DNA of 64,000 nt from Macrostomum lignano (lineage: Eukaryota), in contig NIVC01000862.1 of assembly GCA_002269645.1 (NCBI GenBank), positions 248,001 through 312,000 on the forward strand, given 5' to 3'. A program made the position numbers and the translations under genes. A model generated the notes under the pieces. It ran no database searches. It saw only the letters and a program-made list of their open reading frames with translations, and had not been told where the DNA came from. This document shows positions 10,265-24,902 of the stretch, piece by piece. How positions within the stretch are numbered: position 1 is the stretch's first letter; every line of letters starts with the position of its first letter.

Positions 10265-13200
10265 TTAAACTTGGTCACTTTTCGGATGAGTATTTTTTTG
10301 TTTAACATCGTTTTTGATGAGTCTGTAATCTGGCAAAAACGGCAGCACATGCAGTCTCGGCCAGTTGCCTAGCAACTTGACGCCAAATGGTATATCGTAA
10401 TAATCCAAATCGTTGCGCTGACCCGTGTCCGCGTTGTCAGCTCCGTCCTCTTCCACCAGACCGCGATCCGATGGACTACCTGCGATGTTAATTAAAAATT
10501 TTAATTTTAATTGAAACTGTTGTATTGGCTTTTATTGACGGACCAGCCTATAGTCACATTTTTGATCTGGTATAGGCATGCCACTTTATCTTAGATTTTC
10601 TTTTACTAAGATTATACAATGACCTTCACTACATTCTTTTCAATATTTTATTATATGCTTGACATAAAATGACTCCGAAATGTAGATCTCGTTAACTTAC
10701 TTAGACCTACGCTAATTCCCGTAAAAGTATTATTGTGGTAATTGAGTTGATGAGTTGATGCCTCAGCAATCCTTTACCAAGCCTCAGATGAATGAAAATT
10801 AAAAAAAATCCATCTTTGTCCTTGATTCTGGATCAGCTGATCCTCCAGATTAATTTGACCATGGGCCAGGCATGTATTCCTATCTTCAAGCTGCTAGGCA
10901 TAGCTTAAATTAATTCCAAAAAAGCTCTACGGCTTCATAAAAGCTCATTGAAAGTAACATCACGCGATGCAAACGCTAGAATATCCCTAGCCGTGCGACT
11001 CACCCCTGAGGAGATTGTCCAGCAGAAAGGCGGCAAAGCCAGTCACGAAAATTTCGTTCTTTAGCAAAGTCAGCAGCGTCTCCAAGACGATGAGCGAGGC
11101 TGAAAATTCGATTGAAGCGAGGCGAAATTAATAGTTCTGTTTAAGCAATAGATTACCTGTATGATTCTGCTGATAGTATTCCCGGTTTCATGGACTCCGA
11201 TTTGAATTTGGAAGAGTGAAATTTGCCGCTGTTATTTGGACCCTGTAAAGTAAGACAACTTTCGGAAATGAAACCATCACCCTACCATTGGTATACAGCT
11301 GTTATTTTGTAATGATAAAGCTAAATTGACATTCAACATGTAGCATATCTTTATTTAAAAGATGGAACAACTGGAAGCTGGCGCAAAGAGCAACCTTATG
11401 GTGGCAGGTAACTTGAAGATCCTGCAACAAAACTCAAATCCTGAATGTCGGCGTCAGACAGCAGGCAGTCGATGAAATGTCAAGTGAGTGCCTGTCCTTG
11501 CCGGTGAGGCCCCTGCAGAGTCTGCAGCAGCATTTCCTGCACCGAATGCTGGCAGTATGATTCAGTGCAAATGAAGCAGCCTAGAGTCCCCGACGGTGCA
11601 ACAGGTTGCTTGGACGGAGCCAGACCAGCTAGAATAGACACCAAAATCCCGGAGCTCATCAGGCTCTTAGATGAGTTACGTCAGACAGTGCAGACATTCT
11701 GTGTTAGCTCAAAATTTTAGCCCAAATTCCAAAATTTCTTTTGACAACCGAATAACGGGAACCTAGTTACGGGGGCCGAACATTCGTAGTGCTTACCGCC
11801 CTCCTTGCCAACCAGCATGGCCTGATCATTGGACATGCCGCCACTTCTCGACGGGCTTCGCAGCCAGTGAGGCAGCGCCAGGCCGAGAATGATTGAGTAG
11901 CCAACCACGAACACATTGCGCTGGTTATTCATGTTGGCGTACTGTAGGCTTGACAGGCCGACCCCCGCTACCATGCCGAACATGGCCAGGAACAGACCGC
12001 CGACTACCGGCTGCGGCAGGGACACAAAGACTGCTCCAGATTTAGGGCTAATGCCAAAGAATAGCATAATAACGGCAGAGAACATGATGACCCGACGGCT
12101 GCCTACTCTGGTGATTCCTATGGCGCCAATGTTCTCGCTGTAGGAGGTGCTGCCGGTGGGCACGCCGAACAGGCCAGATAGGATGCAGGCTACGCCCTCC
12201 ATGATGACGCCTTTGATGTGGTCAGATTGTGGTGATAAGTCTTCTGTAAGTCTGATTCAAGTTTGCAATATATAGTATTGAGAATAATAATAATTATAGA
12301 CTGTAGACGCCTAGTAAAATGGTTAGAGTTACTTTTGTTTTATGACTATGCTGCTCTTAGCCTTAAGCTAGGTCTGGCTTGAAAATCGATAGCTTTCTAA
12401 AGAATAGCTCAACAAGTTTATGAAAAATGGTATTGGTAAACATCGGCATTTAAACCTACATGCAACATTTTTATTACGAATATTCTTTATTACAAAAAAT
12501 ATAAATTATAATTAATATTACAAAAAAGTGAAGTTAATGCTACTTGTGAATATTTACAACTTTGGGTTTTTGAAATAAAAAAAAGTTTATGAAAATGATC
12601 AAACTTTCTACTGCTAGTGGTCCTTGTGATTTATATGTAACTTTTCCGCCTCGGCCCATAAGCGTGTCCTCAGCTGTTCGCGGCCTCAATAAATAAAACA
12701 TTTGGACCCGGCCATAGACTACAGAAACTTATCTAGGTATGCACGTGTGCCAGAGACCGTTTTTACAGTCTATGGTCAGGCCCAAGTGAGAAGTTATTAC
12801 AGTTATAAATGTGGATGAATGTATTTACATCGCACTTGTCGGGGCAGAGGTAGCAAAGGTAGATAGCGATAAGAAAACTGCTACTTTGGAGTCACTACTA
12901 AGACACGACTACCACAAACCTCTTTTAAAAGCAAGGATCATTGCGCACCTAAAACTCAGGTACCGCGGTAGTTAAAAATATTATAGTAAATTTTGAGGGT
13001 CTAATTTCGCTTGAAAACCCATTGGATGCGGTGCATTATGCAAGAAATCTTTGAAGAAAATACATTTCTTCTAAATGTTTAACCGCCTGTGTACTTATCC
13101 ACAGGCTTGCGTGCTCGGTGGGGTATGACTAATTAGACAACAGGACCTCCCCTATCGCAGTGCATAAGAAGCCATACATCTGCATTGATTACCTCGATTG

Positions 13201-14350
13201 ATGGCGTGCGCAGGTGGTCGAGGCGCCCCTGACAGCCGGGCCGCAGCCACGTAGTCGCCGATGCTCTCCACCACGGACACGATGACGCCGGCCGTCATGC
13301 CGAGAATGCCGACGGCGAGAATTCGTGGCTCGCCGAACTGGCCAGGATAGGGCAGGCGGAACCAAGCCGCCTCGGTAAAGGCCCGCGATCCAATGTCCGT
13401 CCGAGCAGCGTAGCTCCACGCTCCCGGGTCGCTGGGAAACGCACCAGCGACTGTCAGGATGGCGCACAATGCCCAGGCAATGCCGACCGATAGCAGCACC
13501 TATCCATAAAATTAGAGGTTTTTTCAAGCTAGTTCTTCCTGGGAGGTAAAGTTTATGACGGGCTTGTGCATGAAAACTGGTCGGTGGTTGTTGTGCGATA
13601 CACGGCCATGTGGACCGATCCCCAAGACACAGAGAGTGTACATGTCTGACGATTAGAGAGTCAGGACGGCTGTACACTCTGCGTGAGCTTGTGTATGAGT
13701 GCGTGCCTGTGTAAAGCATTCATGCGCTTGTAAGTGCTGAGAAGTCGGTGGAATGGGCATACATGTAATTACCTTAGCGCTAATTGTTACCAGACATCAA
13801 TGTGTCCATAGGGGTCCCTCTGGCATTTCCCCTCCAGCGTTTCCCCACCGGTGATTCGAGTCTGAAGCTGGAGGGGAAATGCTGGATAGGAGATTTCCGG
13901 TAGCTGAACCAGCTCAGAAAATTCTATTGTTGCCTGTCTCATGTATTTGTTTGTTTTATTGGAAATACAGATTCAACTTCAACTTTTCAACACAGTGTTG
14001 TTCAACGCGTTACCAGCCTGTCTTAAACGATTCCATTCGCTGAAATTGAATACAAACTAATATTATCCTTAGTTTTAATATATAAGTACTTTTACTGACT
14101 GTATTTTTTGTACAAGTGACCCCATTTGAAAGTTAAAAAACATTTTCTCACCGGAAATGATTTGAACAAAGCGAAGCCGCTGCATCTTATTCGTCTCTGA
14201 CTCAAAATTGGCAGTGGGACCAATACCCCATCGAGCACGTAGCTAAATAGAATCACTAGGATGCAGACTCTGAAAATATTGATAAAAAGTATCTTCTGAA
14301 AACCGGTTGTCCTCATTTTGGAAGTACACTGTTAACCCAATGAAACGCTA

Positions 14351-14444
<94 letters not shown>

Positions 14445-14445
14445 G

Positions 14446-14492
<47 letters not shown>

Positions 14493-14553
14493 GTGTCTGT
14501 CTGTCTGTGTGTCTGTGTGTCTGTCTGTCTGTCTGTGTGTCTGTCTGTCTGTG

Positions 14554-14618
<65 letters not shown>

Positions 14619-14637
14619 GAGTGTCTGTCTGTCTGTG

Positions 14638-14668
<31 letters not shown>

Positions 14669-15410
14669 GTGTCTGTCTGTCTGTGTGTCTGTCTGTCTGT
14701 CTGTCTGTCGGTCTTACAAAAATTTTCCAGCAATTACTCAAATAAATCTTTTGACTGCGAGTAACTTACAGCATGGCAACATACCAGTTGCTACTGGCAC
14801 TTGAAGCCGCAACTGGCACAAGCGACAATCCAATCAAGCAGATTGTTGGTGCAATCACCAGAGGTCCAATACGACGAACCATGATAGCCGTGAAGCCAGT
14901 CGAGCCCATAATAACCTGAAACAGCGAAGATACGGCCAGAGTGCCGCCGACGAATGAAATTCTTTCCATCCACACCGGACTACTACTAGTAGTTGAGTTA
15001 ATCGCGCCGCCGTCAATCGAACTGTCATTGCCCACGTGATCAGCGGGACAAGCGGGCAGCCTGTCTGAAGCAAGGATCGCAAAAGTTGGGATCATGAAGG
15101 CGGCCGATGCACCCTGGATGATGGGCAGTCGGGTGCCCAGCACCGTCTGCAGCAGGGTTGCCAAGCCCATCACGAAAAATGTGGACGAAATCACTGCCGA
15201 CTGGTCGCTGAGCTCCGTGATGCACAGAGCCTTGAACAGTAGAGTTGGTAGAATTGCAGTGCCGGACATCATCGTGATGAAGTGCTGCAAACCGAGCAGA
15301 ATGCACTGGCTGATTGGTGGCACATCCAGAATTGAGTAAAGCAGATTCTTTTTGGCTGAGTTGGGCGAATCATCTGCTACTTCAGTTTTTTCATTGGCGT
15401 CCTCAGTCAT
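10265..15410 (-). CDS. SLC23/NAT-family nucleobase(-ascorbate) transporter, paralogue A, about 596 aa
   Basis: Exons 15410-14770, 14269-14152, 13499-13193, 12210-11797, 11099-11004, 10479-10265; all GT-AG, frame consistent (1791 nt). Motifs LGLQH (TM1), IIQGASAAF (TM3), ESIGDY (TM8), NAT signature [28 protein letters not shown]. An extra 5' exon cannot be excluded. Confidence 0.92.
12712..12775. mobile_element. 64-bp mini-MITE with CCATAGACT/AGTCTATGG termini (intron 3 of paralogue A)
   Basis: 9-bp terminal inverted repeats; same terminus family as 9939-10087 and 63497-63639. Confidence 0.55.
13630..13760 (+). mobile_element. Fragment similar to the 3' UTR of the RTE-like LINE
   Basis: Shares GTGTACATG...GCTGTACACTC...GTGCCTG...CGCTTGTA...GTCGG.GGAATGGGCA blocks with about 5475-5595. 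Confidence 0.55.
14351..14709. repeat. (GTCT)n microsatellite in intron 1 of paralogue A
   Basis: Visible tetranucleotide array with GTGT interruptions. Confidence 0.97.
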
Positions 15411-17660
15411 GACATTCTGCAAATGGGATTGTTTTTGATTGGGTACATTTTGGCTAACGCACTCTATGATGAATAAAAAGCCTCAGGTCAGGTGATTAAA
15501 TAAACGTTTACCGTTTGTAGAGTGCGTTATTTTTTTGTAGAATGACTTTTAGTCTATTGCACTTTCCAGATGGTAAAAGAAGTAAAAAAGCCAAAGGCTC
15601 TAAATGGCGAAGGCTTTTATGATGAGTGGTGTTTTTGTCCAATATGGGGACATTCGCAGTCATGAATACATTGCCCCGCGGTACATGATACACGCCATCA
15701 TGAAAATCGATGAGCGATGAGTCAGATCATCACTCAATTGAGGCAAAAAAATTCGGTCAGTTTACGCTAATCAATTCTTTCTACAGCTTGTAAAAACGTG
15801 AATGCTTTTGCTGCTACTTGCCCGCTACGAGCTAATTAAAGTTTACTCTATAGTTATCAATTCATAAATACCGCAGTGTACACCAATTGCAGACGATGAT
15901 TAACCGCTCATAATGAAACAAAATGCTCACCGTAGCACTTCAGGAGTGCGAAAGTACAAGCACACCTCTACACTACACTAATTAGAAGACTGTTCGGCCA
16001 TGAGTGATGGTCGGGTGATCAGAAAGTGAATGAGCAACAGTGAACTTCAATTTTAGCATTGCTCACTTTGCTCAATTGTAATGTACAATTGAAGGTTTAT
16101 AACTGTCGTAGCTGCTGGTGATCTTTTACGAAACCTGTTACTGTCCGATCTTCTCCCATACTATTTTTCTGTTCATTCGTTTGTCATCCTTTGCCTGTAT
16201 AACTGTTGTTTTGTTTAACCGCCTTATCGTTTCTAAACAATATCGCGATAATACATTTTGTGGACAGCGATCGAAAAGAGGAGTGTTATTCGGGTGGTAC
16301 TGCGCATCTACATATGTTTTGCTATATTGTATGGGTCAAAGAGGTGCACTATAACGTTTGAGAAGGCTACGTATAGTGATTGCACTATTTGCGTCATAAA
16401 TTATACGCACTTAAGTGTTGTAGCCATACCGCTGTAAGATTAAAATGTCGATCACAACTGACTGATCAGTCAAAGACCTACTTGAATTAGATGGTCGCGT
16501 TGGATTTCCTCTTCCAGTTCGATTCCATTGGGTGCCTCATCCGAACTCATGCCTTTGTTTGAGTAAATTTTATAACTCCGTGGTAAAACAACTGCTTAAA
16601 AGAACTAAAAATACAGTTGACAGCAACTTTTTCCTTCAAGCAATATAAATAGTTTCCGAAGTGTTCTCCGAACCGACTGTACCGTGCTTATACGAGCTAT
16701 TTTATCGCAAAAATTCAATTTGCTCGGGTTCAGTTGGCTGCCCCTCTTCCCTCTCCTTCTCTGCCTCAATGGTAGATTGTTTTGGAGCAATGCAGCCCAG
16801 TTAAATACTGAACAACATGCTGAACAAGTGCTTTACAATATAATAACTAACAATTTAGGCAGCACAGATGTCATTGTATGTATACTTTTGCCCAGACACA
16901 CAATAAGCTTGCATTAAGCTTGCAAAATTTTTTGCAATTTTGAGCCATCGACATACTAAACAATCTACCATTATTACGAAAATACGAAGACAATATGTGG
17001 TGGATAATTAATAAGGTGGAGCAAAATATCACGCAATGAAATTTGTACATAGGGTTCATGTATTTTGGCCAGCAACTGTGGTCTCCCCATTTGACACTCT
17101 CCAATATTCTACATTTCTACACTCCATCAGTTGCTCAAAGTTTTTCCACAGCTCATGCTGACTGCCTACTGTGCTTCCTATTAGCAATAGTACTTCTAAA
17201 CTTCGTTGTTTTGCGATTTTACAACCCATTTTTAACAAATTCTGTTATCTTGTCTGTGCCGCAGAGCCAACTTAACGGGTTCAATATCTCTTGCTTAGCT
17301 GTCATGTTGAATGTTCATGCTTGAAGATAAAAGCATTGTGAATCAATCCTACTAACTAACTAGTAAAGTATGGAGTGAGTTCTTGAGCAAACTTTTATCA
17401 GTATAATGCCAACAACTTATCTTGCTTGTGGCTCGATCTAACAGGGTAGTGTTTATACTATAACAAACGTTACATTGATTCTAAAAGTTGAATTTGCACG
17501 AGCAACGTCTTTTCAATACAAGGGCTTAAATCTGCCGATTGTGACTCAAATCTCTCACGATATGGGTTTGAGAATTTAACCACCATGAAAAGCCATTAAA
17601 TAATTTTGTGCTATTTCCGAACTTTGCGCACAACATATTGAAAACAAAGCTGCATAAAGC

Positions 17661-18036
<376 letters not shown>

Positions 18037-18727
18037 AGTATAAATAAAAAATACATCTTTCTATATCAGGTGTGCATTTAGGTACTCACCCGAATTTCAA
18101 GGTATTTATTTGGCTTTATCTTAGAGCGGAAATTTTTTTTTAAATTAAATATTATTTTGTGCAGTTTCATTGCAGGCGATTATATATAAAAACAGCAATG
18201 CAATTTCGAGCGTGAAAATGTGCCGCAATTAGAAAATTCGCAATTTCTTCGCAGTTTCGTTTTTACAGGCGCAGTAAGAATATTGGGGAGACTGCATGCA
18301 TATCTTGTATTTTTAACAATTGGTTTTCACAACTGTCATGTAGTTGCGAGCTGCAGGCGATTAAAATATATAGTGTATTGTTAGTGCAACATAGATAATT
18401 TATTTTTTAATACATTTCTTTCACAAATTCTTTTTCTGGTGATCTAAAATGCCGTGTTTGTTAACAAATTAAACATTTATTTAATTAGATTACTTGCTAT
18501 TAAATACGTACAGTACTGCATGGATAACTTATTAAAATAATTAGCTACCTGTTCATTTAAACATTAGGACATTCTTAGAACACCGCAAAATTATAGGAAA
18601 GTAAAAGTTTCAATTTGATCAGAAAACATTAGTCTATAAATATAAACATTTATAGACTAAATATTGAATTAGTGACAGAAAACAACCCATTTAAACGTTG
18701 ATGAGATTTCGCAAGCAACTGCGCAAA

Positions 18728-21700
18728 CTAGCTAGCTCCAGCTGTCTGTCTGCCCGAATATTTAGGCAGAAACGGCGGCACAAGCGGCAGTCGGCCCGCG
18801 AATAGTCTTCGACCGAAAGGGATGTCGTAGAACTCGAGGCTCTCCGCCGTGTACTGCTCGTCACTTTGTTTTGTGTCCACGTCAGTCGAGACTTCATTCG
18901 ATCGAGGCAGGCTTGGGTTTACCACCGATCCTGTCAGGGAAGAAAGGCAATGTTAGGAACAGAAAACAATGAAGTAAAAGAACGGTTAGCTTGTTTAAAT
19001 GAGCCAGAAGTCCGTATGGAACGGATATTATCGTACATCGTTAGTGCATTTATTATACTCTCCAGAAATCGGATTTTCTAGCGCGGATTTTTCTCGACCG
19101 AATTTGTTCGTTCATTACCGGCCTCCAGCTCATTTCGATGACTATATCAAGTGTTGCGTTCTTTTATTTCGGTTTTAATCGATAAAATTGTCGGATAATG
19201 ACACATTTAGTCACCTTTTAAGCCATTGTCTAGTCCGAAAGCGACAATACCTGCTACGAAAATTTCATTTTTCAGCAATGTCAGCAACGTCTCGAGTGCG
19301 ACACGACCAGCTGAAAGTTTAGGATGATTCAAATAATGTTTCGTATAAAAACTTTTGCGATTTTGTCTTGTGGTGTCTCGAAAGTTTTCACTCTTCTCTA
19401 CTAGTGGTGGTGTTTATTATTAACCTAAAAAGTAAAACTTGTGACTTTAAACAAGAACCACAACGTTCCACAATTTCAACTTTCTTTGTGATTGAACAAA
19501 AATTGTTCCATAAATCTGAAAAGAAAACCTGAAAAAGTTTTTTTTGATGCCTCTTGTTTAATCAACGATTGCAGTGACATGAGTGTTACAAAGTTTGGAA
19601 GGAGTGATTGACACGTAATCGGTCAAGTCCATTCGGAGCAGTCAGTTTACAGTACCAACCTAGGTTAGTAAGTGTCTATACATGTCAGCTACAATTACCT
19701 CCACTGTTTACATCAGCTAGTAGAGATTCTGCATGCGACAGGCCTTCACCATCAGGTGCCGACATTTTCAGCCAATGTGGCACGCCCAGTCCAAAAGCCA
19801 ACGCATTTCCAACTATAAACACATTTCGCTGATTGCTCATATCGGCGTACTGCAGACTGGACAAGCCAACACCCGCCACCATGCCGAACATTGCAAGGAA
19901 CAAGCCGCCAATTACTGGCTCAGGTAGAGAGACAAACACCGCCCCAGCTTTGGGACAGATGCCAAGAATGAGCATGATTACAGCTGTGTATTGAATTACC
20001 CGACGACTACCGACGCGAGTGATGCCGATGGCGCCGATGTTCTCGCTGTAGGAGGTGCTGCCGGTGGCCAAGCAGAATATGCCGGCTAGAATGCAAGCCA
20101 CACCTTCTATGATCACACCTGTATTTTGGGTAGGGAGGGGATTAAGTCGAGTGCATTCTATAGGTCTATGTACCATACTATGTATGATAATGAATCATTA
20201 AAGCATAAAAATAGTAAAAAAATATAGCAAAAATTTTACTTGTCATTTACAAAAGGAAGGTAATTACCAATTTAGGTCGATATGTCACAGTGATGTTCAA
20301 ATAACAAAGATGCATACAAACAAAAATTTTGTATCTATCTATTTTTGGGCCTTTTGTGGGTACTCCTGATGCCAATAACTTCACCGCTATATCACGTTGA
20401 TTGTCGGTCTACCAGATCTTCTGGTTTGACGGAGAAGCAAAACACTGCATCCTTCACTTGCATTGAGTACTTTAACACAATAATCGGTTGGCAAAATTGA
20501 AACCATGGAGTACAAACGGAACTTTCTAGTTTGTTATAAAATATTAATGCCTTCGAGAAAGACAGAGAATATCTTGAATGCGTCGGGGTTTCACTTCGAC
20601 TTTATCTTACCCCTGTTGACCGCATGAGCCGGAGGCCTCGGCGCTCCAGACAGTTTGGCAGCAGCCACATAGTCGCCCATGCTTTCAACAATAGATGCAA
20701 GTGAGTCGGCGGCCATCATGCCCAGTACGCCGACAAAAAGTACTCGAGGCGTCCCAAACTGGCCCGGATATGGCAGACGGAACCAATCGGCTTGGGCGAA
20801 CGCCCTTGAACGCGTGTCAGTACGGACAGCGTAGCCCCAAGCTTTCGGATTATTAGGTAAGGCTCCCGAGGCGGTTAGGATGCCGCAAAGTGCCCAGGTG
20901 ATGCCCACGGAAAGAAGTACCTACAAAGGAGTAACGGTAATGCGTGTGTACTTAGTTAATTTGTAAGGAACGCTTTGAAACCTTGCTGATAGCAATTTCT
21001 TTATTTCTTATCCAAGTTGTCTTGTAAAAATGCAAAAACTTGTGTATGTATGTGAAAACAGCTTCAACGCTAAAGGGTCAGTCTCGCCTTTTCGATTAAA
21101 CGTTAATGTAATTGTATCTGCGAAAGTTTCAACTTAGACTACTGAGAAAAGTAGATGAATAAATATCGAAAATTATAATGTAAAAAGATAAAAGCATAGA
21201 AGAAATTTCTGCGCACAATAAGAGAGGGTGGGAGAGGACGACCTGTGGCTATGGCTTAGCTCGTACTGAGGAAGGAAAACAGGCCAGTAACCGGTCTCGA
21301 TCGGTCTGCCTTCGCGAGGTTTGACCGCCCTCCACTTATGCTGTGTCACATTCGCTATGCTCGTCGGTCAGAAAATCTTTAAAGACATCCGCATGTTCTG
21401 CACAATGATAAGAAAACTTAATTATCTACTAGATGTATCAAAAGTCACATAAATGAAACTATGAAACTGACCGAGCAAAAATATGCTTGAGTATAGTTCT
21501 TGAAAGAAATTACTAATCGTATCGTACGACATAGGAAGTAGATCTATCTAATCTTACCGGAAACGACTTAAACAAAGGAAGTCGGACAAAGTGCAATCGA
21601 CACTGCCGAACAGTTGGCACCGGTACGTTGATCGCATCGAGCACGTAGCTAAATATCACAATTAGAAGACAAACGCTGCGAAAAGTTTGTGGTTTATGAT

Positions 21701-22402
21701 GGATGCGATCTTAAAGCAATTTTAGTCCATTTTTAGTATTAATTGGTATGACTGGTGGGGTCTTCGTGTGCTTTTTAATACATATGCTTACAGCAGAGCG
21801 ATGAGCCAGTTTCCACCAGCGCTAGCCGATGCAATCGGAACTAACGACAGTCCGATCAGGCAGATGGTGGGCGCAACCACCAAGGGTCCAATGTAGTGCA
21901 TCATCACTGCGGTAAGACCTGTGGCACCCAATAGTACTTGGAATACAGATGCGATTGCAAGAGTACCTCCTACAGTGGATATTCGCTCCATCCAGACTGG
22001 AGTGTTGTTTGTGGCCGAAATTATTTCATGGGTTGCATTCCCACTGTCCAACGAGATTACTGGACACGACGATAAACTATCGGAAGCCAGAATCGCAAAT
22101 GTAGGAACGAAGAACGCGGCCGATGCGCCCTGGATGATGGGCAGTCGGGTGCCCAGCACCGTCTGCAGCAGGGTTGCCAAGCCCATCACGAAAAATGTGG
22201 ACGAAATCACTGCCGACTGGTCACTGAGCTCCGTGATGCACAGAGCCTTGAACAGTAGAGTTGGTAGAATTGCAGTGCCGGACATCATCGTGATGAAGTG
22301 CTGCAAACCGAGCAGAATGCACTGGCTGATTGGAGGCACATCCAGGATTGAGTAAAGCAGATTTTTTGGTTCAGTTTTTACTGTCGTGCTTTCAAGCTCC
22401 AT
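18728..22402 (-). CDS. SLC23/NAT-family nucleobase(-ascorbate) transporter, paralogue B, about 585 aa
   Basis: Exons 22402-21792, 21675-21558, 20920-20611, 20118-19699, 19310-19215, 18930-18728; GT-AG, same intron positions and phases as paralogue A (1758 nt). NAT signature [31 protein letters not shown]. Start codon and last acceptor are less certain. Confidence 0.9.
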
Positions 22403-24261
22403 GGATACTTGTTCCAAATTTGTGTCTGTTGGAATCTCTTCGGTTGCTGAAATCTTTTACGTTTGATATCTTTGGTTACTTATTGGCAGTACAGTAGTCG
22501 GTCGTGTGTAAACGTGAAGAACTATTTAATTATCCGTAGTCTTACCTCTTTCATTGCGTGCTCTTGAATTCTGTTCATTTTTTGAGATTCCGTGTCTTAC
22601 AAGATTTTTCTGACAGGGTTTCTGTGGGCTGAAAAATATAAAACTGTGAAATTGGGCAGTTTTACTGGTTTATGGAGCCCATTTTATACATGAACTTGTG
22701 TGACTGACGCGTATGCAAATGATCTATGCCAATCTGTCACATGCATCAAGCTTATAGGGTCGAAATTCTTAGCTGCATATTATTAATATTGAACCTCTGT
22801 AGCTGTTTCCGCAGGCGAATCAAGCATAATTCTACAATCAGTTGCACAGGGGGCCAGACCGTGCTTTGAAGTAGCTCGACCATTGTACAGTAAGCCATAA
22901 AACACTTCTAAGAAAATGATGAATTCAATGCGCCTGAAATATGGCACTGCATTTTTTCATTTGAGCAAAAAACTATGATAGATCTTTTAGATTGTTTTAC
23001 AAAAAAGCTCCGAATAAACTCATTAGTGCCAAAAAATGCCTATTGAAATCTGGGACTGCGCTGTACCCGTTACATGTACATGTATTGACTTTATTTAAGT
23101 CAGAATCAAAAGAGTTCCGTCTCTTACGTCGTCAGAGTATGGAACCGTCCGCATAGTTTAGTCAACTGTAAGCACACATCTGACAATTTTAATCGATGAG
23201 GAAAATTCGACTGCATTCACATCTAGTCGTAAATGGTGTTTTCCCTAGCTATGCAACTGTAGCGATCATCGATCATGAATAAATTACTGCACGATGCCTG
23301 GGAGCTTGAAATATTAAAGTGACTGGAGTCGTCTAAATTCGGATGAAATTTTGGCACACGTACTTTTAATCAATGTATCTCTGGCTAAAAGATATTAATA
23401 AACACCTCTTCAGCTTAATTACAGCACATTACTTCTCTCAGATATTTTTTTCAATTATCCCCAAGTGGAGCAATGAAGAAGTACATGTTCGACGAACTAG
23501 TACGAAGAGATGCTTGCTCTGCCTTTGCTATAGTGTAGTGGTTTGTGTACATGCATATTTCACTTTGTCATTTGCATGTACAACCCCCCCCATTAAACAT
23601 AATTCCTACGTCCCACCGACCTACCCAACGTACCAACGTCCATGGACGGCGCTGGCATAGATCTTTATTTTTACATTTACGTTGACGGCTGACGACGCGT
23701 TATACATGTACAGTACGTACATGTATTAAGTCGCAGTCATGGAAACACAATTATCGGACGAAGATGACAAGTAGCTACAGTACATGGGACTGAAAAGCTA
23801 GTTTTTAAAGAAAATTCTAAAGAATTTAAACTCTCCCATCATAAAAAAATACATATGTATATGTGCTTTATAAAAATCAAATTGATAGTGCGAGGATTTA
23901 CATGCATATTAAACTTTTATTAAAGCTCTTATTCTTGCGATGTCAAAATATAAGGTTAGTGTCTCTGTAGACGGTAGTTTATAGAGCTTTGGAGCAAACG
24001 CACGTAGCCCTATGCAGTTTTGAAAACGAAATACTGTAATATGTATGGCGCTGCCAATGTTCTTGTGCTTTCTGCAGGCTGCTTATCTTGAAAAGCTTAT
24101 TATAAGCTGCAATGTATAACAGTAACCCTCCTTGGGAAATTTTCGAACGGCGAATCAATAACTATGGATTATGAATTGGCAGCAAAAATATTATTGACCT
24201 AAGAAAATTGATTCAAAGAATTGACCTAACGACAAATTTGCCAGCCAGTTAAGCGAGGGAC

Positions 24262-24730
24262 ATGATGTCGCACAAGAGAGCGCGTTTTTGGGGCCTGGGC
24301 GCGAACGTAGGCAGCACCGCCGGCAGTGTCTATAGGGCGCCGCCTGCCCCCCATCCCGGGCCGGTAATAATTAAGGTGCTTGCAGCGTCAGCAGAAGTAT
24401 CTCAGCTGCACCGGCTGTGGGCAATACCTACGACTCGGCTCGGATGTATGGCATGGCCTGCCAGCTAGAGTCGCCAACGGCGCAACTGGGCTGGGATGGA
24501 ACAGGCCGGTGCGCGATGAGTGCCGCTTCGTTTACTGATCGCTCGATCTTGAAGTCGGCGCGCGCAGCAGGCCAGCGTGCGCCACATCGACCCGCTGTTT
24601 GAGCAAATCCGTGTCAGCGTAAGTCGACTCGGCCGTGTTGTACAACATGACGATCTCAATCACCGCCTGAAACAACGTCGCCCTCTTGCGGTCTGCAGGC
24701 CTCGGATTGCAGCTCAGCCCTCTCACAACG
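24262..24730 (-). mobile_element. Second, degenerate RTE-like LINE fragment
   Basis: LFQAVIEIVMLYNTAES...KQRVDVAHAGLLRA is homologous to 5096-5200; 3' UTR segment 24280-24324 aligns across the empty site of the Harbinger-like MITE. Confidence 0.7.
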
Positions 24731-24902
24731 GAATTATATAGGCAGTCTAGGCATAGTCCACGACGGCGACGTCATCTAACGTCGAAATGGCTGCAGCCAC
24801 GTACTAGACAACCGAAGTAGACAAACTGCTGTCAGCCTCGTCACGTGCTCGTCAGCGCCTCTGCAGAAAATAGCAGCCTCGATCTCGTCCAGCACGCAGA
24901 GC

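Noticed and set aside
13818-13885. 16-bp inverted repeat GCATTTCCCCTCCAGC / GCTGGAGGGGAAATGC
   Set aside because: Real hairpin, probably a MITE remnant, but single copy with no TSD, so not classified.
15465-15693. Candidate upstream coding exons for transporter A (and 22546-22629 for B)
   Set aside because: For A the spliced frame hits a stop; for B the frame is open but has no ATG or homology support. Left as possible UTR exons.
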